From assembly GCA_038527375.1 (NCBI GenBank), contig JBCBFU010000003.1, positions 10,318 through 74,317 on the forward strand: a DNA stretch of 64,000 nt. Direction: 5' to 3'. The translations under genes were made by a program, and so were the position numbers. Numbering within the stretch: the stretch's first letter is position 1; every line of letters starts with the position of its first letter. Below the pieces are notes generated by a model. That model ran no database searches. It had not been told where the DNA came from and worked only from the letters and a program-made list of their open reading frames with translations. Positions 10,927 to 19,366 of the stretch are shown one piece after another. This stretch comes from Pseudomonadota bacterium (lineage in GTDB: Bacteria; Pseudomonadota; Alphaproteobacteria; Rhodobacterales; Rhodobacteraceae).

Positions 10927-11613
10927 ATGGCACAGCTCAAAAAGATCCTGCTCATCGACGATGACGAGGACCTGCGCGAGGCGCTGGGCGAACAGCTCAT
11001 CATGACCGAAGACTTCGACGTTTTCGAAGGCGGCTCGGGGTCAGAGGCGATGGAAAAGGTCAAGGAGACGATCTACGACCTCATCATCCTCGACGTGGGC
11101 CTGCCTGACACCGATGGGCGCGAATTGTGCCGTCTGATGCGCAAACAGGGCGTGAAAAGCCCGGTCCTGATGCTGACGGGCCATGACACCGACGCGGACA
11201 CGATCCTGGGTCTTGACGCGGGTGCCAATGACTACGTCACCAAACCCTTCAAATTCCCGGTCCTTCTGGCCCGCATCCGCGCGCAGCTGCGCCAGCACGA
11301 ACAATCCGAGGACGCGGTGTTCCAGCTTGGGCCGTATACGTTCAAGCCGTCGATGAAGCTGCTGGTCACCGAAGACGAACGCAAGGTTCGCCTGACCGAG
11401 AAAGAGACCAACATCCTCAAATTCCTGTACCGCGCATCCGAGGGCGTCGTCGCCCGCGACGTGCTGCTGCACGAGGTCTGGGGCTACAATGCCGGCGTCA
11501 CGACCCACACGCTTGAGACCCACATTTATCGCCTGCGCCAGAAAATTGAGCCAGATCCGTCAAATGCGCGCCTTCTTGTTACGGAAAGTGGTGGATACCG
11601 CCTCGTCGCGTAG
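10927..11613 (+). CDS. OmpR-family response regulator transcription factor (CenR-like)
   Basis: 228 aa. The receiver domain has DDD...D(54)VGLPD...K; the winged-helix C-terminus reads [15 protein letters not shown]...GGYRL. A GGAGAG Shine-Dalgarno precedes the ATG. Confidence 0.85.
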   Translation: MAQLKKILLIDDDEDLREALGEQLIMTEDFDVFEGGSGSEAMEKVKETIYDLIILDVGLPDTDGRELCRLMRKQGVKSPVLMLTGHDTDADTILGLDAGANDYVTKPFKFPVLLARIRAQLRQHEQSEDAVFQLGPYTFKPSMKLLVTEDERKVRLTEKETNILKFLYRASEGVVARDVLLHEVWGYNAGVTTHTLETHIYRLRQKIEPDPSNARLLVTESGGYRLVA

Positions 11614-11649
11614 AAACGGATCGGGCCATGGTTTTTTTGGGAACCAACT

Positions 11650-11755
11650 GCCCGGGCCGCGCGTAGTACAGGTACTTAGCATCCCTTCGTAGATCGGGGT
11701 TATGATCTACACCTCCCTGTTGGACTTGCCCGGGCCTTGTGCCCGGGTTTTTTTT
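11650..11755 (+). ncRNA. Candidate small RNA with an exposed CCUCCC motif and its own intrinsic terminator (5' end not defined)
   Basis: The stretch is non-coding and lies downstream of a first T-run at 11631-11638. It has a small hairpin AGATC-N8-GATCT, single-stranded CCTCCC at 11712-11717, and then a GC hairpin followed by T8. Confidence 0.35.
11729..11755 (+). terminator. Rho-independent terminator
   Basis: CCCGGGC-CTTGT-GCCCGGG followed by TTTTTTTT. Confidence 0.8.
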
Positions 11756-11797
11756 CGTCCCATGCTGCGGCACGCAAAGCGGCAGGGGGAACACGCC

Positions 11798-12904
11798 ATG
11801 TATATCGAGCCGTTCGGGGTAGAGCAGTGGATGAACCGCTACGAGACGCGGTGCGAATTCAATCTGGCCGAAACCTGTGTCGCCTCGCTGAGCCTGTCCC
11901 AGCTTTTTGATCTCGTGGGTGCCAATGACCCGTGGTCGCCCATCATGGACCGCGCGATGACCTATGGCGACATCACCGGGTCGGCGCGCCTGCGGGGGCG
12001 GGTCGCCGCGCTCTTTGCCGATCAGGCGCCCGAGAATGTGCTGATTGCCCACGGGACAATCGGGGCCAATGCGCTGGTCTATCAAACGCTGGTGGAACCG
12101 GGTGATCGCGTGGTGTCGGTGGTGCCGACCTACCAACAGCACGTGTCGATGCCCGAAAGTCTGGGTGCCGATGTGGTGCAGGTGCGGTTGTCGGCAGAGG
12201 CCGATTATGCGTTGGACATGGACGCGTTGGCCCAAGCTGCCAAGGGCGCGAAACTGATCGCTTTGGTGAACCCCAACAATCCAACGGGGGCCGTTCTGGA
12301 CCACGCCGCGCTGACCCGGTTGGCCCAGATCGCGCGCGAAAACGATGCCTGGGTGCTGTGCGATGAGGTCTATCGCGGGACCGAGCAAGGTGCGCCCGTG
12401 CCGTCGATCCGCGATGTCTACGACAAATCGATCTCGACCGGGTCGATGTCCAAGGCCTTTGCGTTGGCGGGGTTGCGGTTGGGCTGGATCGTGGCGGCAC
12501 CCGAGGTTTTGACGGCAATCGAACTGCACCGCGATTACACCACGATCAGCGTGGGCATCGTGGACGATCATCTGGCCGCACTCGCGCTCGAGGCGTCTGA
12601 TCTGATCCTCGCGCGCAGCCGCCAGATGGTACGCGACAACGCGGCCACGGTTGCCGCTTGGGTGGCCGAACACGACGGGGTTGATTGGGTCGCGCCGCAG
12701 GCGGGCACGACCGCTTTGCTGCACTATCGCGGCGACCGCCCGTCCTACGAGGTGGCCGAGGCGATCCTGCGTGACACCGGGGTGTTGCTGACGCCCGGCG
12801 GTGTGTTGGGGGCCGAGGGAACCTTGCGGATCGGATATGCGAACCATGCGCCGATCCTTAAGGCCGGGTTAGCGCGATTGGGGCCGTGGCTGGACTCGCT
12901 CTAA
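11798..12904 (+). CDS. Class I/II PLP-dependent aminotransferase
   Basis: 368 aa from MYIEPFGVEQWMN. NPNNPTG and the SMSKAF PLP-lysine motif present. The start at 11702 is rejected because it would read through the terminator. Confidence 0.8.
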   Translation: MYIEPFGVEQWMNRYETRCEFNLAETCVASLSLSQLFDLVGANDPWSPIMDRAMTYGDITGSARLRGRVAALFADQAPENVLIAHGTIGANALVYQTLVEPGDRVVSVVPTYQQHVSMPESLGADVVQVRLSAEADYALDMDALAQAAKGAKLIALVNPNNPTGAVLDHAALTRLAQIARENDAWVLCDEVYRGTEQGAPVPSIRDVYDKSISTGSMSKAFALAGLRLGWIVAAPEVLTAIELHRDYTTISVGIVDDHLAALALEASDLILARSRQMVRDNAATVAAWVAEHDGVDWVAPQAGTTALLHYRGDRPSYEVAEAILRDTGVLLTPGGVLGAEGTLRIGYANHAPILKAGLARLGPWLDSL

Positions 12905-13467
12905 CCTTCGGTCACGACGGTGAAAAGCGAGATGGGGATGGCCAGTGCAATGGCCATCGAACACAGACCCGCCAGCGTTATCAGCCCGTCTCGCGTCAAA
13001 ACTGAAAGCGCGATCAGCGCCACCGATCCGCCGAGGATCGAACTGCTGAACGGTACGAATTCCATAAACGGAAAGAGCAACCCAACCGTCGCGCAGACGG
13101 TCATCAACAGGCGCGCGGCAGGCGGGGAGGTCATGAACGACAACCGCTCGGTCGAGATCGAGTCGAGCCACCGTCCGGCGGATTTCAGGAACTCGACCAT
13201 GCGCACGACACGCCCCCCGTTCATGGGGCGGCACAGCAGGAATTCAGGCAGCCAAAGCGCGTCTCGGCCAAGCGCGCCTTGGGCGGCTGTCAGGAAGATT
13301 CCGATGCCAATTGCACTTGAAAACAAGGGGATACCGGATAGTGGCGAGACCAGCATCAAGCCGAGCAACAGCAATACCGGGTAAAAGGATTGGCGCCCGT
13401 AATCCGCAAGCAGATCGCGCAGGGTCAGCTCCGGCGCGCGCGCATGGGTTTCGGCCATGTCGAGCAT
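12901..13467 (-). CDS. Exopolysaccharide synthesis ExoD-family membrane protein
   Basis: About 188 aa. Its hydrophobic segments match the ExoD pattern (SFYPVLLLLGLMLVSPLSGIP...). The start is uncertain (13467 or 13458). Confidence 0.7.
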   Translation of the reverse strand: MLDMAETHARAPELTLRDLLADYGRQSFYPVLLLLGLMLVSPLSGIPLFSSAIGIGIFLTAAQGALGRDALWLPEFLLCRPMNGGRVVRMVEFLKSAGRWLDSISTERLSFMTSPPAARLLMTVCATVGLLFPFMEFVPFSSSILGGSVALIALSVLTRDGLITLAGLCSMAIALAIPISLFTVVTEG

Positions 13468-13633
13468 GTCCGTCACGACAGTTTCGGGGTTTTCCTCGGG
13501 ATTAAACACTTCGCGCCTCGCCAGATGGAGGGGCAACGCGCAGGCCACGTGATCCGTTCCGCAAAAGTCGGGTGGCCCCTCGCCGTCTTGCGGCCTATGC
13601 AGGTGGCCAACTCGCCTGACTGTGGAGACACCC

Positions 13634-14422
13634 ATGCCCTTTACGCTCGCCACCTGGAACATCAACTCGGTCCGCTTGCGCGCAGGGCTGGTGGAGCGGC
13701 TGATGCGGGAGGAAGCGCCCGATGTGCTGTGCCTGCAGGAGTGCAAAAGCCCCGTCGACAAAATCCCCGTCGAGGGGTTCGAGGCGCTGGGCTACACCCA
13801 CATGGTCGCGCGCGGGCAGAAGGGGTACAACGGCGTGGCGATCCTGTCCAAGCTGCCGCTGGAAGAGGTCGAAGCCCTTGATCTTGCTAGCCTAGGCCAC
13901 GCACGCCACATCGCGGCGCGCCTGCCCAACGGGGTTGTCATCCACAATCATTACGTCCCCGCGGGCGGCGATGTGCCGGACCGCGAAAAGAACGAGAAGT
14001 TTGGCCAGAAACTCGATTACCTGACGGAGTTGCGGGACATCTTTGCCGGGCAGAAGCCCGCGCGGTCGATCCTCGTGGGCGACCTCAATATCGCGCCGCG
14101 CGAAGATGATGTGTGGAGCCACAAGCAGCTGTTGAAAATCGTCAGCCACACCCCGATCGAGGTCGATCACCTGAACGATGTGATGGCGGCGGGCGACTGG
14201 GTGGATGTGACGCGACAGGATATCCCCGACGGGCTTTTGTACAGTTGGTGGAGCTACCGGGCCAAGGATTGGGATGCCGCCGACAAGGGCCGCAGGCTCG
14301 ATCACATTTGGGCCACGTCGGATATCGCGGGGCAGGCGTCGGGCAGCCGGATTTTGCGCGACGTTCGGGGGTGGGAGCAGCCGTCGGATCACGCGCCGGT
14401 CTTTGCGACATTCGACCTCTGA
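13634..14422 (+). CDS. xthA: Exodeoxyribonuclease III
   Basis: 262 aa. MPFTLATWNINSVR, LQE, GDLNIAP and SDHAPV motifs present. A GGAGA Shine-Dalgarno lies 5 nt upstream. Confidence 0.9.
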   Translation: MPFTLATWNINSVRLRAGLVERLMREEAPDVLCLQECKSPVDKIPVEGFEALGYTHMVARGQKGYNGVAILSKLPLEEVEALDLASLGHARHIAARLPNGVVIHNHYVPAGGDVPDREKNEKFGQKLDYLTELRDIFAGQKPARSILVGDLNIAPREDDVWSHKQLLKIVSHTPIEVDHLNDVMAAGDWVDVTRQDIPDGLLYSWWSYRAKDWDAADKGRRLDHIWATSDIAGQASGSRILRDVRGWEQPSDHAPVFATFDL

Positions 14423-14451
14423 CACCCCCCCCCAAATCAAGGGGGCACAAT

Positions 14452-14492
14452 CGGTACACCAAGCGTACACATTGCGTACACACGGCGTACAT
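14452..14492. repeat. Four octamers (CGGTACAC, GCGTACAC, GCGTACAC, GCGTACAT) spaced exactly 11 bp apart
   Basis: Copies start at 14452, 14463, 14474 and 14485. Related GCGCACAT words occur at 14502 and 14541. Confidence 0.85.
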
Positions 14493-14676
14493 ACGCAAGG
14501 CGCGCACATCGCGGGGTGATCTGGCTGCCTTTGGTGCGTCGGCGCACATGATCCGGGTCTCCGTTGGAACTGCGTCGACCCTTGGCAACACGCCCTCTGA
14601 CACGCATATAGCGGGCAACGCGACCGGCCCGTTTTAAAGCGGTCGCACAGAATGCCAGACGGATTGGACGTACAGC

Positions 14677-15585
14677 ATGTTGGAATTGAACGCAGGCCCG
14701 AACGCAGATGAGCTGATCAAGGACAGCTCGGAAGCGACCTTTATGGAAGATGTGGTCGAGACCTCGCAAACCGTGCCGGTCATCGTCGATTTCTGGGCGC
14801 CGTGGTGCGGCCCGTGCAAGACGTTGGGGCCCGCGCTGGAGGCGGCGGTGACCAAGGCCAAAGGCGCGGTCAAGATGGTCAAGATCGACGTCGATCAAAA
14901 CCAGGCCATCGCGGCGCAGTTGCGCATTCAGTCGATCCCCACGGTCTATGCCTTCTATCAGGGCCAACCTGTCGACGGCTTCCAAGGGGCGGTGCCGGGA
15001 TCCGAGATCGACGCCTTTGTCGAGCGTGTCGCGGCGCTGGCCGGTGGATCCGCCGATGGCGGTCTGGGCGAAGCTGTCGAGGCGGCCGAGGCGATGCTGG
15101 CGGAAGGCGCTGCCGAAGATGCGGCGCAGACGTTTGCGGCCATTCTGGGCGAAGATCCCAACCACGCCGAGGCCTATGGCGGTTTGGTCCGTGCGCATCT
15201 GGCCATGGATGATGTGGATCAGGCCGAGGCCATCCTGAACGGCGCACCGGCCGAGATCGCGGATGCGGCCCCGCTGGAGGCCGCGCGTGCGCAATTGGAA
15301 CTGGCCAAGCAGGCCGCCGATGTGGGGCCGGTGGCCGAGTTGCGCGCCACGGTCGAGGCCAATGCAGACGATCATCAGGCGCGGTTCGATCTGGCCGGTG
15401 CCCTGCAGGCGTCGGGCGATGCCGAAGGTGCGGTGGCCGAGTTGCTGGAACTGTTCCGTCGCGACCGCGAATGGAATGACGGCGCGGCCAAGACGCAGCT
15501 CTTTACGATCTTTGATGCGCTCAAGCCAAACGATCCGGTTGTGCTGAACGGGCGCCGCAAGCTGTCGTCGATGATTTTTGTCTGA
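14677..15585 (+). CDS. Thioredoxin-domain plus TPR co-chaperone (YbbN/CnoX-like)
   Basis: 302 aa. The N-terminus has FWAPWCGPCK; the C-terminal half is Ala-rich and TPR-like. Confidence 0.8.
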   Translation: MLELNAGPNADELIKDSSEATFMEDVVETSQTVPVIVDFWAPWCGPCKTLGPALEAAVTKAKGAVKMVKIDVDQNQAIAAQLRIQSIPTVYAFYQGQPVDGFQGAVPGSEIDAFVERVAALAGGSADGGLGEAVEAAEAMLAEGAAEDAAQTFAAILGEDPNHAEAYGGLVRAHLAMDDVDQAEAILNGAPAEIADAAPLEAARAQLELAKQAADVGPVAELRATVEANADDHQARFDLAGALQASGDAEGAVAELLELFRRDREWNDGAAKTQLFTIFDALKPNDPVVLNGRRKLSSMIFV

Positions 15586-15654
15586 TTGAGGGTGCGGGGC
15601 GCTTTTGTGGGCCCGGCGATTGCCTGAGCCCACGCAGCGCCTAGGTTGTGTTTT

Positions 15655-16296
15655 ATGACATGGTCCGGTGATCTTCCCGAAACGATTGCGATTTTCCCGT
15701 TGCCGGGGGCGTTGCTATTGCCGCGTTCTCCGCTCCCGCTGCACATTTTTGAGCCGCGCTATCTGGCGATGCTGGATGACTGCCTGAAGACGCCGCATCG
15801 GTTGATCGGGATGGTCCAGCCGTTTGAAGGGCCGGGCGGCGAGGCCAAGCTGCATTCCATTGGATGTGCCGGGCGGCTGACCGCCTTTTCCGAAACCGAA
15901 GACGGGCGCTACATGATCACTCTGTCCGGGGTATCGCGGTTCCGCGTGGCCCAAGAGGTGTCGGGCTTCACGCCCTATCGCCGGTGCGACGTGACGTGGG
16001 ATGGGTTCGAGCGGGACCGGGGCAAGGTCGAGCGGGACGCAGGCTTTGATCGCCCGGAGTTTCTGGGTCTGCTCAAGCGGTATTTCTCAGCTCAGCAGTT
16101 GTCGACGGATTGGGATTCTTTGTCGGATGCCGAAGACGAGTTGCTGATAAATTCGCTGTCGATGCTGTGCCCGTTCGAGCCCGAGGACAAACAGGCGCTG
16201 CTTGAAGCGCCGTCCCTGGCCACGCGGCGCGAGACGTTGGTGACCTTGATCGAGTTCGCCTTGCGCGGCGGTCAGGCCGATGAGGTGATGCAATGA
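15655..16296 (+). CDS. LON peptidase N-terminal substrate-binding domain protein
   Basis: 213 aa. [27 protein letters not shown] is the typical Lon N-terminal domain signature. Confidence 0.8.
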   Translation: MTWSGDLPETIAIFPLPGALLLPRSPLPLHIFEPRYLAMLDDCLKTPHRLIGMVQPFEGPGGEAKLHSIGCAGRLTAFSETEDGRYMITLSGVSRFRVAQEVSGFTPYRRCDVTWDGFERDRGKVERDAGFDRPEFLGLLKRYFSAQQLSTDWDSLSDAEDELLINSLSMLCPFEPEDKQALLEAPSLATRRETLVTLIEFALRGGQADEVMQ

Positions 16297-16466
16297 GCGA
16301 TTTTGACCCCAAGATGCTGGAGGCGCTGGTGTGTCCGCAGACGCGGCAGCAGCTGGTCTATGACGCCGATCGGCAGGAGTTGGTGTCGAAGGCGGCGCAT
16401 CTGGCCTATCCGATCCGCGACGGCATCCCCGTGATGCTGGCCGATGAGGCGCGTCAGCTGGATTGA
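16293..16466 (+). CDS. Trm112/YcaR (UPF0434) family small protein
   Basis: 57 aa, [24 protein letters not shown]...[20 protein letters not shown]. The ATG overlaps the upstream stop (ATGA). It is below the length cut-off of the ORF track. Confidence 0.8.
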   Translation: MSDFDPKMLEALVCPQTRQQLVYDADRQELVSKAAHLAYPIRDGIPVMLADEARQLD

Positions 16467-16526
16467 GGTCTGGCTGGTGACGTGCGCCTTTGGCGACACC
16501 CCACCCGCCATCCCTGAGGCGCGCGA

Positions 16527-17753
16527 CTATAGGCGCTGGCCCTGCATCAGTTTCGGGATATCGCCCGACAGTCCGGCGGCCTCTCGCTGAAACGTGCGGC
16601 GCAGGCCGGGCATGGCCTGAACCGCGCCCATTCCGAGGTCGCGCAGCCCGCGCAGGAGGCTGCTGTTGTTGGAAAAGAGCCGGTTGAAGCCGTCCGTGGC
16701 GAGCGCGAGCGTCGCCGTATCGAAGCGGCGCCACTGCTGGTAGCGGTCGAGGACTGTGGGCGCGCCGATATCCTCGCCACGTGCACGCGCATCGACGAGG
16801 GTTTCGACCATCGCCGCCACATCCTTCATCCCCGCATTCAGGCCTTGGCCCGCGATGGGGTGGATGCCATGGGCCGCGTCCCCCACCAGCGCCACCCGGT
16901 CGCCCGTGAAGCGATGCGCGAGGCTGAGCGAAAGCGGGAAGGTGAAGCGGTCGCCCGCAAGTTCGATCCGGCCGAGGAAGTCGCCGAAAAGCGGACGCAG
17001 CACGTTCATGTAGCCCGCGTCGTCCAGCGCCTGAACGCGGTTCGCCTGTTCGGTGCGTTCCGTCCAGACCACGCCCACGCGGTTGTTGGTCAGGGGCAGG
17101 ATCGCCAGAGGTCCGGCGGGTAGGAACAGTTGGTGAGCCACGCCGCCATGGGGGCGTTCGACGTGGAGCGCGCAGACGAGCGAGCTTTGCCCGTAATCCC
17201 ATCCGGTGCGTTTGATGCCGGCGCGCTCTGCGGTGCCCGAGCCGCGCCCGTCGCAGCCGATGAGGAGGGGGGCGCTGTGCACATCGCCCGAGGCGGTCTC
17301 GATCGTGATGCGGCCGGGTTCGACTGTTTGGGAGACCACCGTTTCCTTGGCGATGTGGCTGAGGTTGGGCTGCTCGCGCTCGGCCTCGAGCAGGGCCACG
17401 CGGGCGTGGCGGTCTTCGACCATATAGCCCATGGGATCGGGGCCCAGATCGGCGTGATCGAAGTGGAGGAAGAAGGGCGATGGGCGTTGGCCCGGTTTGC
17501 CGTCCGCGACCTTGATATCGAGGATGGGTTGGGCATCGGGGTCCAGACGCGGCCAAAGGTCGAGTGCGGCCAGCATCCGCTGGGTCGACAGCGCCATGGC
17601 GTAGCTGCGCCCGTCAAAGCCGCGTTTGCGGCGGGTGGCCTTGGGTAGGGCGTCGATCATCGTCGTTCGGAAGCCCTGTTGGGCGAGGGCCACCGCGAGG
17701 GTGGATCCCACCAGCCCGCCCCCGGTGATCAGGATATCTGCCGTGTGCGTCAT
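16527..17753 (-). CDS. UbiH/UbiF/VisC/COQ6-family FAD-dependent ubiquinone-biosynthesis hydroxylase
   Basis: 408 aa from MTHTADILITGGGLVGSTLA (Rossmann motif), with GDAAHGIHPIAGQGLN. The remainder of the 908-aa track ORF is antisense to the amidase gene. Confidence 0.85.
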   Translation of the reverse strand: MTHTADILITGGGLVGSTLAVALAQQGFRTTMIDALPKATRRKRGFDGRSYAMALSTQRMLAALDLWPRLDPDAQPILDIKVADGKPGQRPSPFFLHFDHADLGPDPMGYMVEDRHARVALLEAEREQPNLSHIAKETVVSQTVEPGRITIETASGDVHSAPLLIGCDGRGSGTAERAGIKRTGWDYGQSSLVCALHVERPHGGVAHQLFLPAGPLAILPLTNNRVGVVWTERTEQANRVQALDDAGYMNVLRPLFGDFLGRIELAGDRFTFPLSLSLAHRFTGDRVALVGDAAHGIHPIAGQGLNAGMKDVAAMVETLVDARARGEDIGAPTVLDRYQQWRRFDTATLALATDGFNRLFSNNSSLLRGLRDLGMGAVQAMPGLRRTFQREAAGLSGDIPKLMQGQRL

Positions 17754-17837
17754 ACCCCGACATATGAGGGCGGGGGCGGGATTGTCCATGTCGGTGCGCG
17801 GCGCTAGCACTGTGACATCGTGTCGGGAGGTGGGCAG

Positions 17838-19160
17838 ATGGATGAGTGGCGGTTCAAGAGCGCGTTGGAACAGGGCGCGGCCATCGGTGCGGGGGCAGTG
17901 GACCCCGTCGCGCTGACGCAGGCCTATCTGGATGCCATCGCGGCCCATCCCCATGGCAGCCGCATCTATGCGCGGACGACGCCCGGGCGGGCGCTGGCCG
18001 AGGCCGCCGCGGCGCGCGACCGCGCGCGTGACGGCGTCCGGCGCGGGCCGCTCGACGGGGTGGCGGTGTCGTGGAAGGACCTCTTTGACACGGCGGGCAC
18101 CGCGACCGAGGCCGGATCGGCGCTCTTGGCGGGGCGGGTGCCGGATGCGGATGCCGACGTGCTGGCTGCGGCCTCTGCGGCGGGGCTGGTGTGTCTGGGC
18201 AAGACGCATATGAGCGAGCTGGCCTTTTCCGGGCTGGGCTATAATCCCGTCACCGCGACGCCGCCTTGCGTGAACGACGAGGCCGCTATTGCGGGTGGCT
18301 CGTCTTCGGGGGCGGCGGCCTCGGTCGCCTTTGGGTTGGCTGCGGCAGCCGTTGGGTCGGATACGGGCGGATCGGTGCGGATCCCTGCGGCGTGGAACGA
18401 TCTGGTGGGGTTCAAGACGACGATCGGGTCGCTGCCGATGGGCGGGGTTGTTCCACTCTGTGCAAGGTTCGATACGTTGGGTCCGTTGACGCGCACGGTT
18501 GCAGATGCGGCTGCTGTTTGGTCTGCGATAGGCGGGCAAGACGTCGATTTGGGGGCTGTGTCGCTGGCGGGGCGGCGATTTGCCGTTGTCGAGGATGTCG
18601 CGCTGGAAGACCTGGAACCCGTTGTTCAGTCGGCCTTTGAAGAGAGCCTCACGCGGATTGAGGCCGCGGGGGCGAAGGTCGATCGGGTGTCGCTGCCCGA
18701 AGTCAGTGCGCTGATCGCGTTGGCACCGCTGCTCTACGCGCCTGAAGCGTACGGCGCATGGAAAGACGTTATCGAGGCGGCGCCAGACAAGATGTTTGCT
18801 GAAATCCGCGAGCGGTTCCGGGGCGGGGCGGATGTGTCCGCGCCCGATTACGTGGCCGCCTTGCAGGAGATGGCGCGGTTGAGAGACGCAATCTGGGCGC
18901 AGCTTGGCGGCTATGACGCGATGCTGGTTCCGGCCTCGCCCATCCTGCCGCCCAAGATGGCGGATGTGGAGGATGGCGGGGATGTCTACAAACGCGCCAA
19001 CCTGATGGCGCTGCGCAACACGCGGATTGGGAACATGACGGACGCGGCCTCGGTCACGGTGCCGTCCGGCGTTGCCTCTTGCGGGGTGATGCTGATCGGG
19101 CCGGGTGGGTCGGATGCCCGGATGCTGCGGCTGGCCGCCGCTCTGGAGGCGGCCTTCTAA
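17838..19160 (+). CDS. Amidase (amidase-signature family)
   Basis: 440 aa. KDLFDTAG and GGSSSGAAASV...GSDTGGSVRIPA signatures present. A GGGAGG Shine-Dalgarno lies upstream of the ATG at 17838. Confidence 0.85.
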   Translation: MDEWRFKSALEQGAAIGAGAVDPVALTQAYLDAIAAHPHGSRIYARTTPGRALAEAAAARDRARDGVRRGPLDGVAVSWKDLFDTAGTATEAGSALLAGRVPDADADVLAAASAAGLVCLGKTHMSELAFSGLGYNPVTATPPCVNDEAAIAGGSSSGAAASVAFGLAAAAVGSDTGGSVRIPAAWNDLVGFKTTIGSLPMGGVVPLCARFDTLGPLTRTVADAAAVWSAIGGQDVDLGAVSLAGRRFAVVEDVALEDLEPVVQSAFEESLTRIEAAGAKVDRVSLPEVSALIALAPLLYAPEAYGAWKDVIEAAPDKMFAEIRERFRGGADVSAPDYVAALQEMARLRDAIWAQLGGYDAMLVPASPILPPKMADVEDGGDVYKRANLMALRNTRIGNMTDAASVTVPSGVASCGVMLIGPGGSDARMLRLAAALEAAF

Positions 19161-19197
19161 GTGGGGGCTTTGCCCCCCGGCCTGTGGCCTCCCCCCA

Positions 19198-19261
19198 GAG
19201 TTCTTGCGGACCATCGAAAGGGGGCGGCCGGCTCTGCCCTTTCGAGGGTCCAAAAATACTC
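19198..19261 (+). repeat. REP-like palindromic intergenic element, copy A
   Basis: GAGTTCTTGC-GGACCATCGAAAGGG...CCCTTTCGAGGGTCC-AAAAATACTC lies directly after the amidase stop codon. It is homologous to 24466-24531. Confidence 0.8.
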
Positions 19262-19366
19262 AATTCACCTCGCCCGCCACATGGTGCTTGCCCGCGAGGA
19301 TTCGCGTCGGTTACACTGCGCCTTAACGGGACGCGTAACGATCCCGATCTGAGGCAGTGCTGGTAG

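Noticed and set aside
11702-11797. Upstream ATG start for the aminotransferase (the 400-aa version)
   Set aside because: It would translate through a strong intrinsic terminator (GC hairpin plus T8). The downstream ATG at 11798 has a Shine-Dalgarno and gives a typical N-terminus.
14582-14600. TGGCA word as a sigma-54 promoter
   Set aside because: No TTGC(A/T) element lies at the required 5-nt spacing. A weak sigma-70 reading (TTGGCA-17-CATATA) is more plausible but remains unproven.
16527-19253. 908-aa minus-strand ORF, the longest in this area
   Set aside because: Only its C-terminal 408 aa (from MTHTADILITGGG) look like a real protein, a UbiH-family hydroxylase. The N-terminal 500 aa are Arg/Pro/Gly-rich, are antisense to a well-supported amidase gene, and are typical of high-GC antisense open frames.
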